A DNA stretch of 62,304 nucleotides, filler included. It is 3 parts of 3 records of this genome, joined end to end, with 100 filler letters (N's around TTAATTAATTAA, not from the genome) between each part and the next. Parts side by side here need not be neighbours in the genome. Positions count along the whole stretch, not along the records: positions 24,991 to 55,694 come from DRR723986_7196; 2 more parts are not named here. One strand, given 5' to 3'. Shown one piece after another: positions 28,113-39,843 of the stretch. The translations under genes were made by a program, and so were the position numbers. Every line of letters begins with the position of its first letter. Position 1 is the stretch's first letter. The notes beneath the pieces were generated by a model. The model did no database searches, was not told the DNA's origin, and worked only from the letters and a program-made list of their open reading frames with translations.

Positions 28113-28562
28113 GTGAAACCAAAGCATTCCGCATTATCTCCCTTGGCAAGCCTGATGCAGGAACCACAAACCAGCTCTTTAATCACTCAAGCGGCACAGT
28201 CACGTCGGCTTGAGAAGATTATTCACACTTGGCCATCGCTGCGTGGCGTGACCTTCAGTGTTGGACCAATCAAAAAAGACAAACTAAAAATTTTCGTGTC
28301 GACCCCGGCGGCGCTGACGCGCCTGAGGCAATCCTTACCCAGCCTGATTCAACATCTGCAGGGTTCGGGCATGAATATAAACGAAATTCAGCTACAAATA
28401 CAAACCAACCCGTTAACATCCAAGCAGTTGGAGCGTCGCCCAAAGAGGGCAGTTTTCTCGGATGCCGCAAGAAAAGCCTGGCTGGACCTCGAAAACAGGT
28501 TGGGTGATTCGCCATTGAAGGAAGCCACCCAAGCTTTAAACAAACACCACAAACTCAAGTAG
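28113..28562 (+). CDS. dciA: DciA (DUF721) family helicase-loading protein
   Basis: STPAALTRLRQSLPSLIQHL..INEIQLQI and SPLKEA tail; position between lpxC and M23/secA as usual in Betaproteobacteria. Confidence 0.65.
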   Translation: MKPKHSALSPLASLMQEPQTSSLITQAAQSRRLEKIIHTWPSLRGVTFSVGPIKKDKLKIFVSTPAALTRLRQSLPSLIQHLQGSGMNINEIQLQIQTNPLTSKQLERRPKRAVFSDAARKAWLDLENRLGDSPLKEATQALNKHHKLK

Positions 28563-28627
28563 TTTCTAGAATGTATCCGAAAACTACAAGATTTTGTTGT
28601 GTTTAATATTATTTTACAATTGGGCGT

Positions 28628-29548
28628 TTAAGCAACCGCCCAATCTGCTCTAAATACGGTAGGAGTTTCCCTGACACTTTCGAAGGTCACGACCTCAAAC
28701 GCCGAGGCATCCTTGATCAGGGCTCGAATCAACTGATTGTTCAAACCATGACCCGAGCGATAGGCCTGATATTCACCAATGATTGGATGCCCAATCACAT
28801 ACAGGTCACCAATGGCGTCCAGGACCTTGTGCTTCACAAACTCATCGTCGTAACGCAAACCGTCTGAATTCAAGATTCGGTACTCATCCATCACAATCGC
28901 GTTGTCGAGATTACCACCCAGCGCCAAGCCCAGATTACGTAAGGTTTCAACATCTTGCGTAAAGCCGAAGGTGCGCGCCCGGGCAATGTCTCGGGTAAAA
29001 GATGTGCTGGAGAAGTCGATCTCTACCATTTGCCCGGTTTTGTCGATCGCAGGATGACCGAAATCAATCTCAAACTTCAAGCGGAAGCCATCGTATGGCT
29101 TCAAACTGGCGTATTTCAGGCTGGCGCCATCACCTTCCCGAACCTCAATCGGCTTTTTGACCCGAATGAATTTCTTCAGTGCAGACTGTTCAACCAAGCC
29201 CGCCTGCTGAATAAGAAACACGAATGAGATGGCGCTGCCATCCATGATGGGAACTTCTACTGCGGTCAAATCAATGTAAGCGTTATCGACGCCTAACCCG
29301 CACAATGCAGACATCAGGTGTTCGATCGTGGAAACCTTCGCACCATCTTTCTCTAGCGTGGACGCCATGCGCGTGTCGCCAATGGCCAGAGCATTCACGG
29401 GAAAGTCGACCGGCTCTGGCAGGTCAACGCGCCTGAACACAATGCCCGTGTCAGGTGGCGCGGGTCGCAGCGTCATGGTGACCCGCTTGCCGGAATGCAA
29501 GCCGATGCCCGTGGCACTCAACACTTGTTTTAAGGTTCTTTGTTTCAC
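28628..29548 (-). CDS. lpxC: UDP-3-O-acyl-GlcNAc deacetylase
   Basis: [44 protein letters not shown]. Confidence 0.97.
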   Translation of the reverse strand: MKQRTLKQVLSATGIGLHSGKRVTMTLRPAPPDTGIVFRRVDLPEPVDFPVNALAIGDTRMASTLEKDGAKVSTIEHLMSALCGLGVDNAYIDLTAVEVPIMDGSAISFVFLIQQAGLVEQSALKKFIRVKKPIEVREGDGASLKYASLKPYDGFRLKFEIDFGHPAIDKTGQMVEIDFSSTSFTRDIARARTFGFTQDVETLRNLGLALGGNLDNAIVMDEYRILNSDGLRYDDEFVKHKVLDAIGDLYVIGHPIIGEYQAYRSGHGLNNQLIRALIKDASAFEVVTFESVRETPTVFRADWAVA

Positions 29549-29636
29549 ACAACTTTCCTTGAATTGTCACCGAAGTGTAACCATCCGGTCAGTTCAACCC
29601 AAGATTTTTTATGGAGGTCAAACTCCAATTAGGGTT

Positions 29637-29682
29637 AAAACAGGGTAAAAGTGTCGCAAAATTGCACGAATTACCCTGTTTT
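29637..29682 (-). terminator. Hairpin / probable terminator after the peroxiredoxin gene
   Basis: 12-bp perfect inverted repeat AAAACAGGGTAA...TTACCCTGTTTT. Confidence 0.55.
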
Positions 29683-29694
29683 CTCGGTTATTTC

Positions 29695-30198
29695 TCAAAT
29701 TTGGGACAACAGCTTTTCGGCGGTGCTGTTCTCGAAAACACCGGGTGCTTCCACATTGAACTGAGTTACCACACCGTCTTTGACCAGCATGGAATAGCGA
29801 TTAGAACGCACACCCATGCCGCGTGCGGTCAAGTCCAGTTCCATACCAATTTTCTTGGTGAACTCGGCAGAACCGTCCGCCAGCATACGCACCTTGCCCT
29901 CTGCGCCCAAGGACTTGCCCCACATGCCCATCACGAATGCATCATTCACAGAAATACACCAAATTTCATCGACACCCTTGGCCTTGAACGCATCGAAGTG
30001 TGCAATGAATCCTGGAACGTGTTTTGCGGAGCAGGTTGGTGTGTAAGCCCCGGGCAAAGCCAAGATGGCAACCGTTTTACCAGCCAGCTCTTTTTCTACT
30101 TCAAATTTGTTGGGGCCCAGTGAGCAACCCTCAGTTTCTTCGTGAAAGAACTCGAACACGGTTGCGTTGGGCAACTTGTCACCAATTTTGATTGTCAT
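29695..30198 (-). CDS. Peroxiredoxin (Prx5-like)
   Basis: PGAYTPTCSAKHVPG, SVNDAFVM, ADG, RSNRYSM. Confidence 0.93.
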   Translation of the reverse strand: MTIKIGDKLPNATVFEFFHEETEGCSLGPNKFEVEKELAGKTVAILALPGAYTPTCSAKHVPGFIAHFDAFKAKGVDEIWCISVNDAFVMGMWGKSLGAEGKVRMLADGSAEFTKKIGMELDLTARGMGVRSNRYSMLVKDGVVTQFNVEAPGVFENSTAEKLLSQI

Positions 30199-30381
30199 TT
30201 TTGTACTTCTCCTAAAACCTCAAAAATACACCACACAAGCGCCCCTGGGTAGATCGCGGATTTGCAGTCTTCGGCAAAACTGCAAACTTCACCCGCGAAC
30301 CACCGAGGGTGTTGATAGGACATTCACTTCTCGAAAATGTTCTCGAAAAGCAGATCGCTTGCGTTGACTAACCCGCTGCGT

Positions 30382-31551
30382 TCAGTCGGCTTGACGGCGC
30401 AAGAATGCGGGGATGTCAAATCGGTCCATTCCACTGTCCTGCAAAGCCTGAACTCTGGAAGCGGCGTTGTCACGTGGGTTGCGGAACACGGCAGGAATCG
30501 CATAGTCCGTTTCACCTTGCTGACCACTGACTGCGTCAAAAGTACCCGTGCGGGCCATGGGCTGATACTGTTCAGCCTGTACCAAAGTGGGCTTGGCGGC
30601 TTTGCGGCCCAAACCAGTTGCAACCACAGTCACGCGCAAGTCGTCACCCATGGTTTCATCGTAGGCAGTACCAAAAATCACGGTTGCATCTTCAGCCGCA
30701 TAGGCGCGGATGATGTTCATCACTTCTTTGGTTTCTTTCAGTTTCAGGCTCTTGCTTGAAGTAATGTTCACCAACACACCACGCGCACCTGACAAGTCCA
30801 CACCCTCCAGCAATGGAGAGGCAATGGCTTGCTCTGCTGCTTCGCGGGCACGGTCAGGACCATTGGCAGTTGCTGTACCCATCATGGCTTTGCCCACTTC
30901 AGACATGATTGTTTTCACGTCTTCAAAGTCGACGTTCACATTGCCTTCGACGTTGATGATTTCTGCAATACCTGCGCAGGCGTTGTGCAATACATCATCC
31001 GCTGCAATGAAACAGTCTTCCTGGGTTGCATCGTCGCCAACTACTTCCAGCAGCTTTTCGTTCAATACGATGATCAGTGAGTTGACCTTACTGGAGAGTT
31101 TCTCAAGACCCTCCTCTGCAGCTTTGCAGCGCTTGGTGCCTTCAAATTCAAAAGGCTTGGTCACAACAGCCACGGTCAAAATTCCCAGTTCTTGGGCCAC
31201 CTCAGCCACCACTGGCGCAGCACCTGTACCTGTACCACCGCCCATACCTGCTGTGATGAATACCATATGCGCACCACGCAATGCATCGCGAATGCGGTCA
31301 CGGTCTTCCTCGGCCGCTTGGCGACCAGCCTCAGGTTTTGCACCGGCACCCAGACCGGTTTTACCCAACTGAATGAGCACGTTGGCTTTGGTTTTTGCCA
31401 AAGCTTGCGCGTCAGTGTTGGCGCAAATGAATTCGACGTTTTGAACGCCTTGCGCGATCATGTGAGCAACCGCGTTACCGCCCGCGCCGCCTACACCTAC
31501 AACCTTAATGACAGTCCCTTGGGTTTCTGTCTCGAGAATTTCAAATGACAT
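30382..31551 (-). CDS. ftsZ: Cell division protein FtsZ
   Basis: GGGTGTG tubulin signature, NVDFEDV, DIPAFLRRQAD. Confidence 0.99.
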   Translation of the reverse strand: MSFEILETETQGTVIKVVGVGGAGGNAVAHMIAQGVQNVEFICANTDAQALAKTKANVLIQLGKTGLGAGAKPEAGRQAAEEDRDRIRDALRGAHMVFITAGMGGGTGTGAAPVVAEVAQELGILTVAVVTKPFEFEGTKRCKAAEEGLEKLSSKVNSLIIVLNEKLLEVVGDDATQEDCFIAADDVLHNACAGIAEIINVEGNVNVDFEDVKTIMSEVGKAMMGTATANGPDRAREAAEQAIASPLLEGVDLSGARGVLVNITSSKSLKLKETKEVMNIIRAYAAEDATVIFGTAYDETMGDDLRVTVVATGLGRKAAKPTLVQAEQYQPMARTGTFDAVSGQQGETDYAIPAVFRNPRDNAASRVQALQDSGMDRFDIPAFLRRQAD

Positions 31552-31614
31552 GGTGTTTGCCTCCTATCTAGCAAAAATTGACATCGCCGAAAAAACTAAT
31601 TAAAAAAACCACAA

Positions 31615-32847
31615 TTAAAAATTACCCAAAAACCACTCTTTCATTTTTTGTACGGTTTGCTTCAAGCCGCCACCTTGTGAAGCCACGCGTCGGCCACGCA
31701 AATGTTGGGCTCGCGCCTCGTGCAGCAGACCCATTGCTGTTGCAAAACGCGGAGTGCGAACCATGTCAGCCAAACCACCTGTGTAATCAGGCACGCCGAT
31801 GCGCACAGGTTTCATGAAAATGTCTTCACCCAGTTCTGCGATACCTGGCATCAAGCTGGTGCCACCCGTTAACACGACACCTGAGGACAACAATTCTTCG
31901 TAACCCGATTCGCGCAAAACCTGTTGCACCATCAAGAACAACTCTTCAAGGCGCGGTTCGATGACAGCGGCCAAGGCTTGTTTGGACAAAGTTCGTGGGT
32001 CGCGCTCGCCAATGCCCGGCACATCGATTTTTGCGTGTGGATCAGCCAGCACCTGCTTGGCCACGCCATGGCGAATCTTGATTTCTTCAGCATCGGGTGT
32101 GGGTGTGCGCAAAGCCATCGCAATGTCGTTGGTGATTTGATCGCCCGCAATTGGAATGACCGCCGTGTGGCGAATTGCGCCACCGGTGAACACGGCAATA
32201 TCAGTGGTGCCACCGCCAATGTCGATCAGCACCACACCCAATTCTTTTTCATCGTCAGTCAGCACAGCCATGCTGGAAGCCAGTGGTTGCAGCATCAGGT
32301 CCTGCACTTCAAGACCACACCGGCGCACACACTTCACGATGTTCTGTGCAGCAGAAACAGCCCCTGTCACGATGTGCACGCGTGTTTCCAAACGCACGCC
32401 GCTCATGCCCAGTGGTTCACGCACATCTTCCTGACCATCCACGATAAATTCTTGCGGCAGGACATGCAGAATTTGCTGGTCGGTTGGAATGTTGACGGCC
32501 TTGGCGGTTTCAATCACACGGGCCACATCGGCTTGTGTCACTTCGCGCTCTTTGATGGCTACCATGCCTGAGGAATTGAAGCTGCGAATGTGACTGCCGG
32601 CAATCCCGGTAAGCACGGTTTTAATTTTGCAATCGGCCATCAACTCAGCCTCTTCCAAGGCTTGTTGAATGGAATGCACCGTGGACTCGATGTTGACCAC
32701 TACGCCCTTTTTCAACCCCCGCGACTCGTGTTGAGCCACGCCTATGACTTCGAAGCGGCCGTCATGCAGCAACTCCGCGACCATGGCCACAACTTTCGCG
32801 GTGCCAATGTCCAGCCCAACTATCAAATCTTTCGGCTCTTTGTTCAT
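31615..32847 (-). CDS. ftsA: Cell division protein FtsA
   Basis: VGLDIGTAKV, IDIGGGTTDIA, C-terminal WFLGNF amphipathic helix. Confidence 0.98.
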   Translation of the reverse strand: MNKEPKDLIVGLDIGTAKVVAMVAELLHDGRFEVIGVAQHESRGLKKGVVVNIESTVHSIQQALEEAELMADCKIKTVLTGIAGSHIRSFNSSGMVAIKEREVTQADVARVIETAKAVNIPTDQQILHVLPQEFIVDGQEDVREPLGMSGVRLETRVHIVTGAVSAAQNIVKCVRRCGLEVQDLMLQPLASSMAVLTDDEKELGVVLIDIGGGTTDIAVFTGGAIRHTAVIPIAGDQITNDIAMALRTPTPDAEEIKIRHGVAKQVLADPHAKIDVPGIGERDPRTLSKQALAAVIEPRLEELFLMVQQVLRESGYEELLSSGVVLTGGTSLMPGIAELGEDIFMKPVRIGVPDYTGGLADMVRTPRFATAMGLLHEARAQHLRGRRVASQGGGLKQTVQKMKEWFLGNF

Positions 32848-32872
32848 GGTGCCCAGTTTCAATTTTTCATAT

Positions 32873-33652
32873 TCAGTTCAATTTCATGCTTGAAGCACCA
32901 GCAGGCTTTGAAGCCGCCAGACGCTCGCCCTTTACTGCCACACCCCTCGGATAGCGCAGGTCAATTCTTTCCACCGCTGCCATCACCTGGCTTGTAATTT
33001 TTGGATAAACCGCCAGCAGTCGATCCATTTTCTGTTCAATACTGAAGTTCTCTTGAGCGCGCCCAAGCTCAATCGTGATACCTGTGTCGGTTTCAATTGA
33101 CCAGGCATAACGATCGGACAACTCCACACGAGAGGGCCACATACCCAGCGTTTTCAGTTTCTCGATGCTTGACACATACATCTTTGAAACCAGTAACTCG
33201 CTGCCTGCTGGCCCATTCAACACCGCCAACTGCTGGTCTTCCGCCACCTCGGCCAGGTTGGCAGAGAACACTTCGCCATACGTGTTGACCAATCGTGTTT
33301 CTCCCCAGAGCGCCAAGGGTGTGTGGCCTTGAATCTGGATGCGCAAGCCACTGGGCCAGGTACGCTGCACAATGGCTTTGCGAACCCAGGGCTGTGCTTC
33401 CACCTGCTCGCGTACTTTCTGCAAATTGGCCGAGAAGAAAGTACCCTCAATTTTTGGAAGTACATTGGCTCTGAAACCAATCAAGTTCACGCGCTCTACG
33501 TCGCCCACCAATTCCACACGCTTTAGTTCAAACACCGGTCGCTGAATCAACCACTGAATACACGCATAACCCAACAGCACCAGGGCCAAGGCTGAAAACA
33601 GCCCGGCTATGATGCTCATGAGTTTGTCGTCGTTCCAGATTGCTCCCAGCAT
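32873..33652 (-). CDS. ftsQ: Cell division protein FtsQ
   Basis: TM helix, POTRA PWVRKAIVQRTWP, IDLRYPRG. Confidence 0.93.
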   Translation of the reverse strand: MLGAIWNDDKLMSIIAGLFSALALVLLGYACIQWLIQRPVFELKRVELVGDVERVNLIGFRANVLPKIEGTFFSANLQKVREQVEAQPWVRKAIVQRTWPSGLRIQIQGHTPLALWGETRLVNTYGEVFSANLAEVAEDQQLAVLNGPAGSELLVSKMYVSSIEKLKTLGMWPSRVELSDRYAWSIETDTGITIELGRAQENFSIEQKMDRLLAVYPKITSQVMAAVERIDLRYPRGVAVKGERLAASKPAGASSMKLN

Positions 33653-34624
33653 TTAGCGTGTGCCCCCTACATTCAATCCGGATGCCTTCAGCCTCGCACT
33701 GGCGGCAATCTGCATCACCAAGTCGTCGTACTCCACACCACTGGCTCGTGCACTCATCGGTACCAGCGAATGGTCAGTCATGCCCGGCGAGGTATTCATT
33801 TCCAGCAACCAGGGTTTGCCACTTTCATCGACCAACACATCGGCTCGCCCCCAGCCAGCACACCCCAATACCTGGTAGGCTTTCACGCAAAGCGCTTGCA
33901 CCTCCGCTTCAAAATCGGTGCTCAGACCGCTCGGGCAAAAGTACTTCGTTTCGTTGCCGATGTATTTGTTGTGATAGTCGTAGTTGCCATCCGGGGCCTG
34001 AATTCGAATCACGGGCAGTGCATGGGCACCTGCGCCTTCTCCCATCACGGGCACAGTCAACTCTTGCCCGCTGACAAACTTTTCTGCCAGTACATTCGGG
34101 TCGTACTTGTATGCCAGCTCGAAAGCAGCCTGTAGTTGATCTGCTGTTTTTACCTTGGTCAAACCAAGAGTCGATCCTTCCTGCGCTGGTTTAACGATCA
34201 GGGGCAGCCCCAAACGTTCCACCACCTCATTCACATTGAATCCGGGCTCAAGACGAACGTAATCGGGCGTGGCCAAGCCTTGGCTGATCCATGCAGCTTT
34301 GGTCAGAATTTTGTCCATGGCCAGGGCCGAGGCAGTCACACCGCTGCCGGTGTAAGGAATGTTCAGCCACTCCAGCACACCTTGAATCGTGCCGTCTTCG
34401 CCGAAGCGGCCATGCAGGGAAATGACTGCGCGATCGAATCCACCCTGCGCCAGTTCGACCATGCTGCGTTCGGCGGGATCAAATCCATGCGCATCCACGC
34501 CGTTGCGCTGCAAGGCCGCTAGCACCATGCTGCCTGATTTCAACGACACCTCCCGTTCAGCAGAACGACCGCCGAACAGCACTACCACTTTGCCCAGGCC
34601 TTTTGCGTCAATCCGTGAGCTCAT
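33653..34624 (-). CDS. ddlB: D-alanine-D-alanine ligase
   Basis: [32 protein letters not shown]. Confidence 0.96.
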   Translation of the reverse strand: MSSRIDAKGLGKVVVLFGGRSAEREVSLKSGSMVLAALQRNGVDAHGFDPAERSMVELAQGGFDRAVISLHGRFGEDGTIQGVLEWLNIPYTGSGVTASALAMDKILTKAAWISQGLATPDYVRLEPGFNVNEVVERLGLPLIVKPAQEGSTLGLTKVKTADQLQAAFELAYKYDPNVLAEKFVSGQELTVPVMGEGAGAHALPVIRIQAPDGNYDYHNKYIGNETKYFCPSGLSTDFEAEVQALCVKAYQVLGCAGWGRADVLVDESGKPWLLEMNTSPGMTDHSLVPMSARASGVEYDDLVMQIAASARLKASGLNVGGTR

Positions 34625-36021
34625 GATTTGCCTCCCAGAGCACTGGCGACCAGGCGACCTGGCAAGGCACCAATTGAGCCTGCTCCCATGGTGATGACCA
34701 AATCGCCGTCACGAGCGATATTCAAAATCGTACTTTCCATCTCATTCATGTCTTCTACAAATACAGGTTCTGTGCGACCAGCCACTCGTACTGCACGTGC
34801 CAGCGAGCGTCCATCGGCAGCAACAATCGGTGCTTCACCAGCGGAATACACTTCTGACAAAATCACCAAGTCTGGTGTGCCCAGCACTTTGACAAAATCT
34901 TCGAAACAGTCTCGAGTGCGGGTATAGCGGTGGGGCTGGAAAGCAAGTACCAAGCGCTTGTCCGGGTATGCACCTCGCGCGGCCGCGAGCGTAGCAGCCA
35001 TTTCAACAGGGTGATGCCCGTAGTCATCGACCACCAGGAAATGGCCGCCCTCTTTGGCTGCCACCTCACCGTAATGCTGGAAGCGACGGCCAACACCATT
35101 GAATTTTTCGAGGGCCGCAACAATCGCTTCATCGGATACGCCAATTTCAGTGGCCACCGCAATCGCGGCCAGTGAATTGCGTACGTTGTGATCACCAGGC
35201 AAGTTCAAGGTAATGTCCAGTGGTGCTTCGTCTTCACGCAACACAGTGAACTTCATTTGCCCCTGGCAAGCCTGCACATTCACCGCGCGAATTTGTGCCT
35301 GCTCCGACAAACCGTAAGTCACGATCGTCTTGGACACAAACGGCATGATCTCGCGTACACAAGGATCATCGACGCACACCGCAGCCACACCATAGAAAGG
35401 CAGGCGCTGTGTGAACTCCACAAAAGCTTGCTTCAAACGTGCAAAGTCATGCCCGTAGGTTTCCATGTGGTCGGCGTCAATATTGGTGATCACTGCAATG
35501 ACTGGCATCAGGTTCAAAAACGATGCATCTGATTCATCAGCCTCAACCACCATAAATTCGCCAGTGCCCAGCTTGGCGTTTGCACCCGCCGAATTCAAAC
35601 GTCCGCCAATTACGAAAGTGGGGTCGAGTTTGCCTTCAGCCAGAATGCTGGCCACCAAACTGGTAGTCGTGGTTTTGCCGTGCGTGCCAGCCACAGCAAT
35701 GCCCTGCTTCAAACGCATCAATTCAGCCAGCATGACAGCGCGTGGCACCACAGGCACCCGTGCTGCGCGCGCTGCCAACACTTCAGGGTTGCTGCCGCCA
35801 ACAGCAGTGGATGTAACCACTGCATCTGCACCCGCAATGTTTGACCGTTCGTGACCTGTAAACACGGTGGCACCCAATTTGGCCAGTCGCTGAGTCACGG
35901 CAGAATCAGACAAGTCGGAACCGCTCACCTTGTAACCAAGGTTGATCAATACTTCGGCGATTCCGCTCATGCCAGAACCACCAATCCCTACAAAGTGCAC
36001 ATGTTTGACTTTGTGTTTCAT
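34621..36021 (-). CDS. murC: UDP-MurNAc-L-alanine ligase
   Basis: [38 protein letters not shown]. Confidence 0.98.
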   Translation of the reverse strand: MKHKVKHVHFVGIGGSGMSGIAEVLINLGYKVSGSDLSDSAVTQRLAKLGATVFTGHERSNIAGADAVVTSTAVGGSNPEVLAARAARVPVVPRAVMLAELMRLKQGIAVAGTHGKTTTTSLVASILAEGKLDPTFVIGGRLNSAGANAKLGTGEFMVVEADESDASFLNLMPVIAVITNIDADHMETYGHDFARLKQAFVEFTQRLPFYGVAAVCVDDPCVREIMPFVSKTIVTYGLSEQAQIRAVNVQACQGQMKFTVLREDEAPLDITLNLPGDHNVRNSLAAIAVATEIGVSDEAIVAALEKFNGVGRRFQHYGEVAAKEGGHFLVVDDYGHHPVEMAATLAAARGAYPDKRLVLAFQPHRYTRTRDCFEDFVKVLGTPDLVILSEVYSAGEAPIVAADGRSLARAVRVAGRTEPVFVEDMNEMESTILNIARDGDLVITMGAGSIGALPGRLVASALGGKS

Positions 36022-37091
36022 ACCTTCGCAACCTGTTCAATATAGTTCGCCACTTCCTGCGTGGCTTGTGGTTTGGCCAAGGCCCTCGCCCGCTCTGCTT
36101 GTTCAAGGCATGTTTCCCGACTGACTTGTTGCAACCAGTTGGCCAGCCATGTGGCGTCCAATTCGTGTTGCTGACGAAGCCACGCCGCATTCTCTTTCAC
36201 AAGAAAACCTGCATTGTGGGTTTGATGATCGTCAACAGCATGTGGAAAAGGCACAAACAACGCTGCAACGCCAATGGCGGCGACTTCTGCAACAGTCATT
36301 GCCCCAGCCCTGCAAATCACCAAATCGGCCGCAGCCATGGCACCTGCAACATCATCAATAAATGCCAACTGCTGGGCGCTTACGCCAGCCTTCTCATAGT
36401 TGTCGCGCAAGGCAGGCAAGTTTTTCTCTCCCGCCTGATGCACCACCTCGGGCCTGCAATCTGGAGGCAATATGGCCAAGGCTTTGGGCACCACCTCATT
36501 CAAGGCCTGTGCCCCCAAACTTCCACCCAGTACCAGTAATTTCAAAGGGCCACTGCGACCTTGAAAACGTGCACGGGGCTCTGGCTGGCTATAGATCATT
36601 TCACGCACAGGGTTGCCCACCCAGTTGGAATTGGGCAGCGCATACGGGAAAGCAACCAGGTTGCGATCTGCCAGCTTGGCCAACAATTTGTTGGTCAGGC
36701 CCGCAATCGAGTTTTGTTCATGCACGACCAAAGGAATATTCAGCAAGCTGGCCATCATCCCGAGCGGGAAAGCCACATACCCGCCCATACCCAATACCAC
36801 TGCCGGTTTGGTTCGGCGCAGAATTTGAACGGAAGTCCAGAATGCGCGCAGCAATTTCAAGGGCATGAAGACCTGCTGCACAATGCCCTTACCGCGAAAG
36901 CCTGAGAACACCAAGGTATTCATTTCAACGCCATGTGCTGGCACCAATCGGCCTTCCATGGCCTGTGGGTTACCTGCCCATTGAACCTGCCAACCACGGG
37001 CTTTCAATTCGGAGGCAACACTCAATCCCGGGAAAATATGACCGCCGGTACCACCTGCAACAATCAATGCCAATCGCTGTGCTTTGCTCAT
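36018..37091 (-). CDS. murG: MurG glycosyltransferase
   Basis: [32 protein letters not shown]. Confidence 0.98.
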   Translation of the reverse strand: MSKAQRLALIVAGGTGGHIFPGLSVASELKARGWQVQWAGNPQAMEGRLVPAHGVEMNTLVFSGFRGKGIVQQVFMPLKLLRAFWTSVQILRRTKPAVVLGMGGYVAFPLGMMASLLNIPLVVHEQNSIAGLTNKLLAKLADRNLVAFPYALPNSNWVGNPVREMIYSQPEPRARFQGRSGPLKLLVLGGSLGAQALNEVVPKALAILPPDCRPEVVHQAGEKNLPALRDNYEKAGVSAQQLAFIDDVAGAMAAADLVICRAGAMTVAEVAAIGVAALFVPFPHAVDDHQTHNAGFLVKENAAWLRQQHELDATWLANWLQQVSRETCLEQAERARALAKPQATQEVANYIEQVAKV

Positions 37092-38347
37092 GCCGCACCT
37101 CCCCGCATCATGGTTCGGTTCTCATGATCAATGCGAAGCACCAGTGCCAAAGCCGCACAGGTCACGAGGATTGCGGAGCCGCCATAACTCATCAAAGGCA
37201 ACGTCAAACCCTTGGTGGGCAGAACACCCAAATTCACGCCCATGTTGATAAAGCACTGAACTGCAATCCAGATGCCTACTCCCTTGGCCACCAAACCGGA
37301 GAATGTTCGCTCCAGTGCAATGGCCTGGGCACCCACGGCAAAGCATCGTTTGACGATGTAGAGGAACAGCAAAATGACAACCGTCACACCCACAAAACCA
37401 AGCTCTTCACCAATCACCGCAAGCAGAAAGTCGGTGTGGGCCTCGGGCAGGTAATGTAATTTTTCAACACTGCCACCCAAACCCACACCAAGTACTTCAC
37501 CTCGACCAAATGCGATCAAGGAATGTGACAACTGATAGGCCTTGTTCAAAGCGTTGTCGCCTTCCCATGGATCGAGGTAAGCCAACAAGCGGGCACGGCG
37601 ATAATCACTAAAGGCGATCAACAAGGCAAATGCCGCACTTAGAGCGAACAACACACCAAAGAAAACCCGTGCATTGATGCCACCCAAAAACAGGATTCCG
37701 AACACCACCGTGACAATCACGATGAACGCCCCCATGTCAGGCTCCAGCAAAAGCAGCATACCCACGAGGAACATGGCCATGAACATCGGAAACAACACTT
37801 TCCCAAAACGCTGCATATAGGCTTGCTTGCGCACGGTGTAATCGGCTGCATAAATGATCGCGCAGACCTTCATCAATTCAGATGGCTGAATATTCAACAC
37901 ATACAGAGAGAGCCAGCGACGAGCACCATTCACCTCTTTGCCAATTCCGGGAATCAGCACCAATACCAACAACGCGATACAACACAAAAATACCAAAGGC
38001 GCCAGCTCTTGCCAGGTTTTCATTGGAATCTGGAAAACACAAAATGCAGCTACAAATGCTACTGCAATCGATACGGCGTGCCGAACCAAAAAGTGCGTGG
38101 TTTGATAGTTGGCATACTTGTTGGAATCGGGCAAAGCCACAGTGGCGGAATACACCATCACAAGCCCAAGGAACAGCAGCGCCAACACAGCCCAAATCAG
38201 GCCCTGATCAATCGCTTGAGAAGATACGGCAGACCCGCGATTGACACGATACATGGAGGATGACAAACCGCCACCTGCCGCAGTAGCGGGAATCAGGCTT
38301 TTGAACTGCATACTGTTTTGATCTTTCCTGGCCCACTTGCCTAGCAT
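37088..38347 (-). CDS. ftsW: SEDS peptidoglycan polymerase FtsW
   Basis: [39 protein letters not shown]. Confidence 0.97.
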   Translation of the reverse strand: MLGKWARKDQNSMQFKSLIPATAAGGGLSSSMYRVNRGSAVSSQAIDQGLIWAVLALLFLGLVMVYSATVALPDSNKYANYQTTHFLVRHAVSIAVAFVAAFCVFQIPMKTWQELAPLVFLCCIALLVLVLIPGIGKEVNGARRWLSLYVLNIQPSELMKVCAIIYAADYTVRKQAYMQRFGKVLFPMFMAMFLVGMLLLLEPDMGAFIVIVTVVFGILFLGGINARVFFGVLFALSAAFALLIAFSDYRRARLLAYLDPWEGDNALNKAYQLSHSLIAFGRGEVLGVGLGGSVEKLHYLPEAHTDFLLAVIGEELGFVGVTVVILLFLYIVKRCFAVGAQAIALERTFSGLVAKGVGIWIAVQCFINMGVNLGVLPTKGLTLPLMSYGGSAILVTCAALALVLRIDHENRTMMRGGAA

Positions 38348-39816
38348 GGCTGCCCCCTGTCCGCTGCGATGGCTCGAACGGCATCCACAAACACCTCTGC
38401 ACGGTGTACGTAATTCTTGAACATATCCAGACTTGCACACGCAGGGCTTAGCAAAACACAATCACCCTCTCGGGCTTTGCTCGCAGCCATCTGGACAGCC
38501 AGTTCCAAGGTAGCGGCTTTTTCACAAGGAATCTGCGTGCTTGCGAGAGCGCTCATGATGTTGTCAGCGTCTTTGCCAATCAAAATCACATGTTTGCAAT
38601 AACTTGATACGGGCTGTACCAGTGGCGCGAAGTCCTGTCCTTTGCCATCCCCACCAGCAATCAATACGGTCGGCTTGGCCAAACCGTTCAATGCCGCCAC
38701 AGTGGCTCCAACATTGGTGCCCTTGCTGTCATCGAAATAATCGACACCATCTATTTGCACAACATGTTGTACCCGGTGAGGCTCACCTTGGTAGCTGCGC
38801 AAACCATGCAACAACTTGGCCATTGGCATACCCAGACCTTGGCACAAGGCCAAGGCAGCCAACGCATTGCTTGCATTGTGCAAGCCCACCACTTGCAGAG
38901 CCTCGGTCGGCATCAACAGCTTTTGGCTGGGCTCTGATTCCTCCTGCTTTTTGCGGCGAGCGGATGTCTGCACCTCTTGGTCTCCAACCAATTGCGCCAG
39001 CCACAACATGCCGCCTTCACGAATCAGGCCAAAATCATTGATATCAACAGGTGCACTCGTACCAAAAGTAATGGGCTGTGCCCCGGTCGGTAAATTGACA
39101 TTGGCTACCAATGAATCATCCCGATTCAGGACGCATACGCCATTCTCCGAAAAGATTCGGAATTTGTCTTCGGCGTACTCCTGCATGTCAGGATGCCAGT
39201 CCAGATGATCTTGAGTAATGTTGAGTACGGTCGATGCATCGAACTTCAAACGCTTGGTCCAATGCAACTGGAAACTTGACAGTTCAAGTACCCACACTTC
39301 GGGCAAGTCATCTGCTTCCAATTGTTCACGCAAAGCGTCCAGAGCAGCCGGACTGATATTGCCCGCAGCAAGTGCCTTTTTTCCAGCGAACTGAGCGAGG
39401 CATTCCACCATTCGAGTTGTGGTGGTTTTCCCGTTGGTTCCGGTAATACCTACCACTTGCGGTTTGTAGTTTCTACTTTGCTGCAAAGCCTGGAGTGCAT
39501 CGGCAAACAGGTCAAGTTCAGAATCAACGGAAGTGGAATGTTCCGCAGCGTGTGCAAGCACCGCGACCATCAGAGGATGAGAGGGTGGCAACCCGGGTGA
39601 TACCACCACACGATTGAAGTCCCAATTCAGATCGCCTACCGAATTGAACACGCGCACGTCGGGCTGAATGGATTGCAACTCCTGCAATCCTGGAGGCGTT
39701 TCGCGCGTGTCAATAACAGTCAACCGGGCGCCTTGCGCAAGCACCCAGCGCGCGCAAGCCAAGCCAGACTCACCGAGTCCGACTTGCAAAACCGATTGAT
39801 CAAGAAGCAAATTCAT
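38341..39816 (-). CDS. murD: UDP-MurNAc-Ala-D-glutamate ligase
   Basis: GLGESG, ITGTNGKTT, ELSSFQL, DHLDWH, DSKGTN, LSPACAS. Confidence 0.97.
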   Translation of the reverse strand: MNLLLDQSVLQVGLGESGLACARWVLAQGARLTVIDTRETPPGLQELQSIQPDVRVFNSVGDLNWDFNRVVVSPGLPPSHPLMVAVLAHAAEHSTSVDSELDLFADALQALQQSRNYKPQVVGITGTNGKTTTTRMVECLAQFAGKKALAAGNISPAALDALREQLEADDLPEVWVLELSSFQLHWTKRLKFDASTVLNITQDHLDWHPDMQEYAEDKFRIFSENGVCVLNRDDSLVANVNLPTGAQPITFGTSAPVDINDFGLIREGGMLWLAQLVGDQEVQTSARRKKQEESEPSQKLLMPTEALQVVGLHNASNALAALALCQGLGMPMAKLLHGLRSYQGEPHRVQHVVQIDGVDYFDDSKGTNVGATVAALNGLAKPTVLIAGGDGKGQDFAPLVQPVSSYCKHVILIGKDADNIMSALASTQIPCEKAATLELAVQMAASKAREGDCVLLSPACASLDMFKNYVHRAEVFVDAVRAIAADRGQPC

Positions 39817-39843
39817 TCGTTTCAACTCAATTTGAAAGTCATT

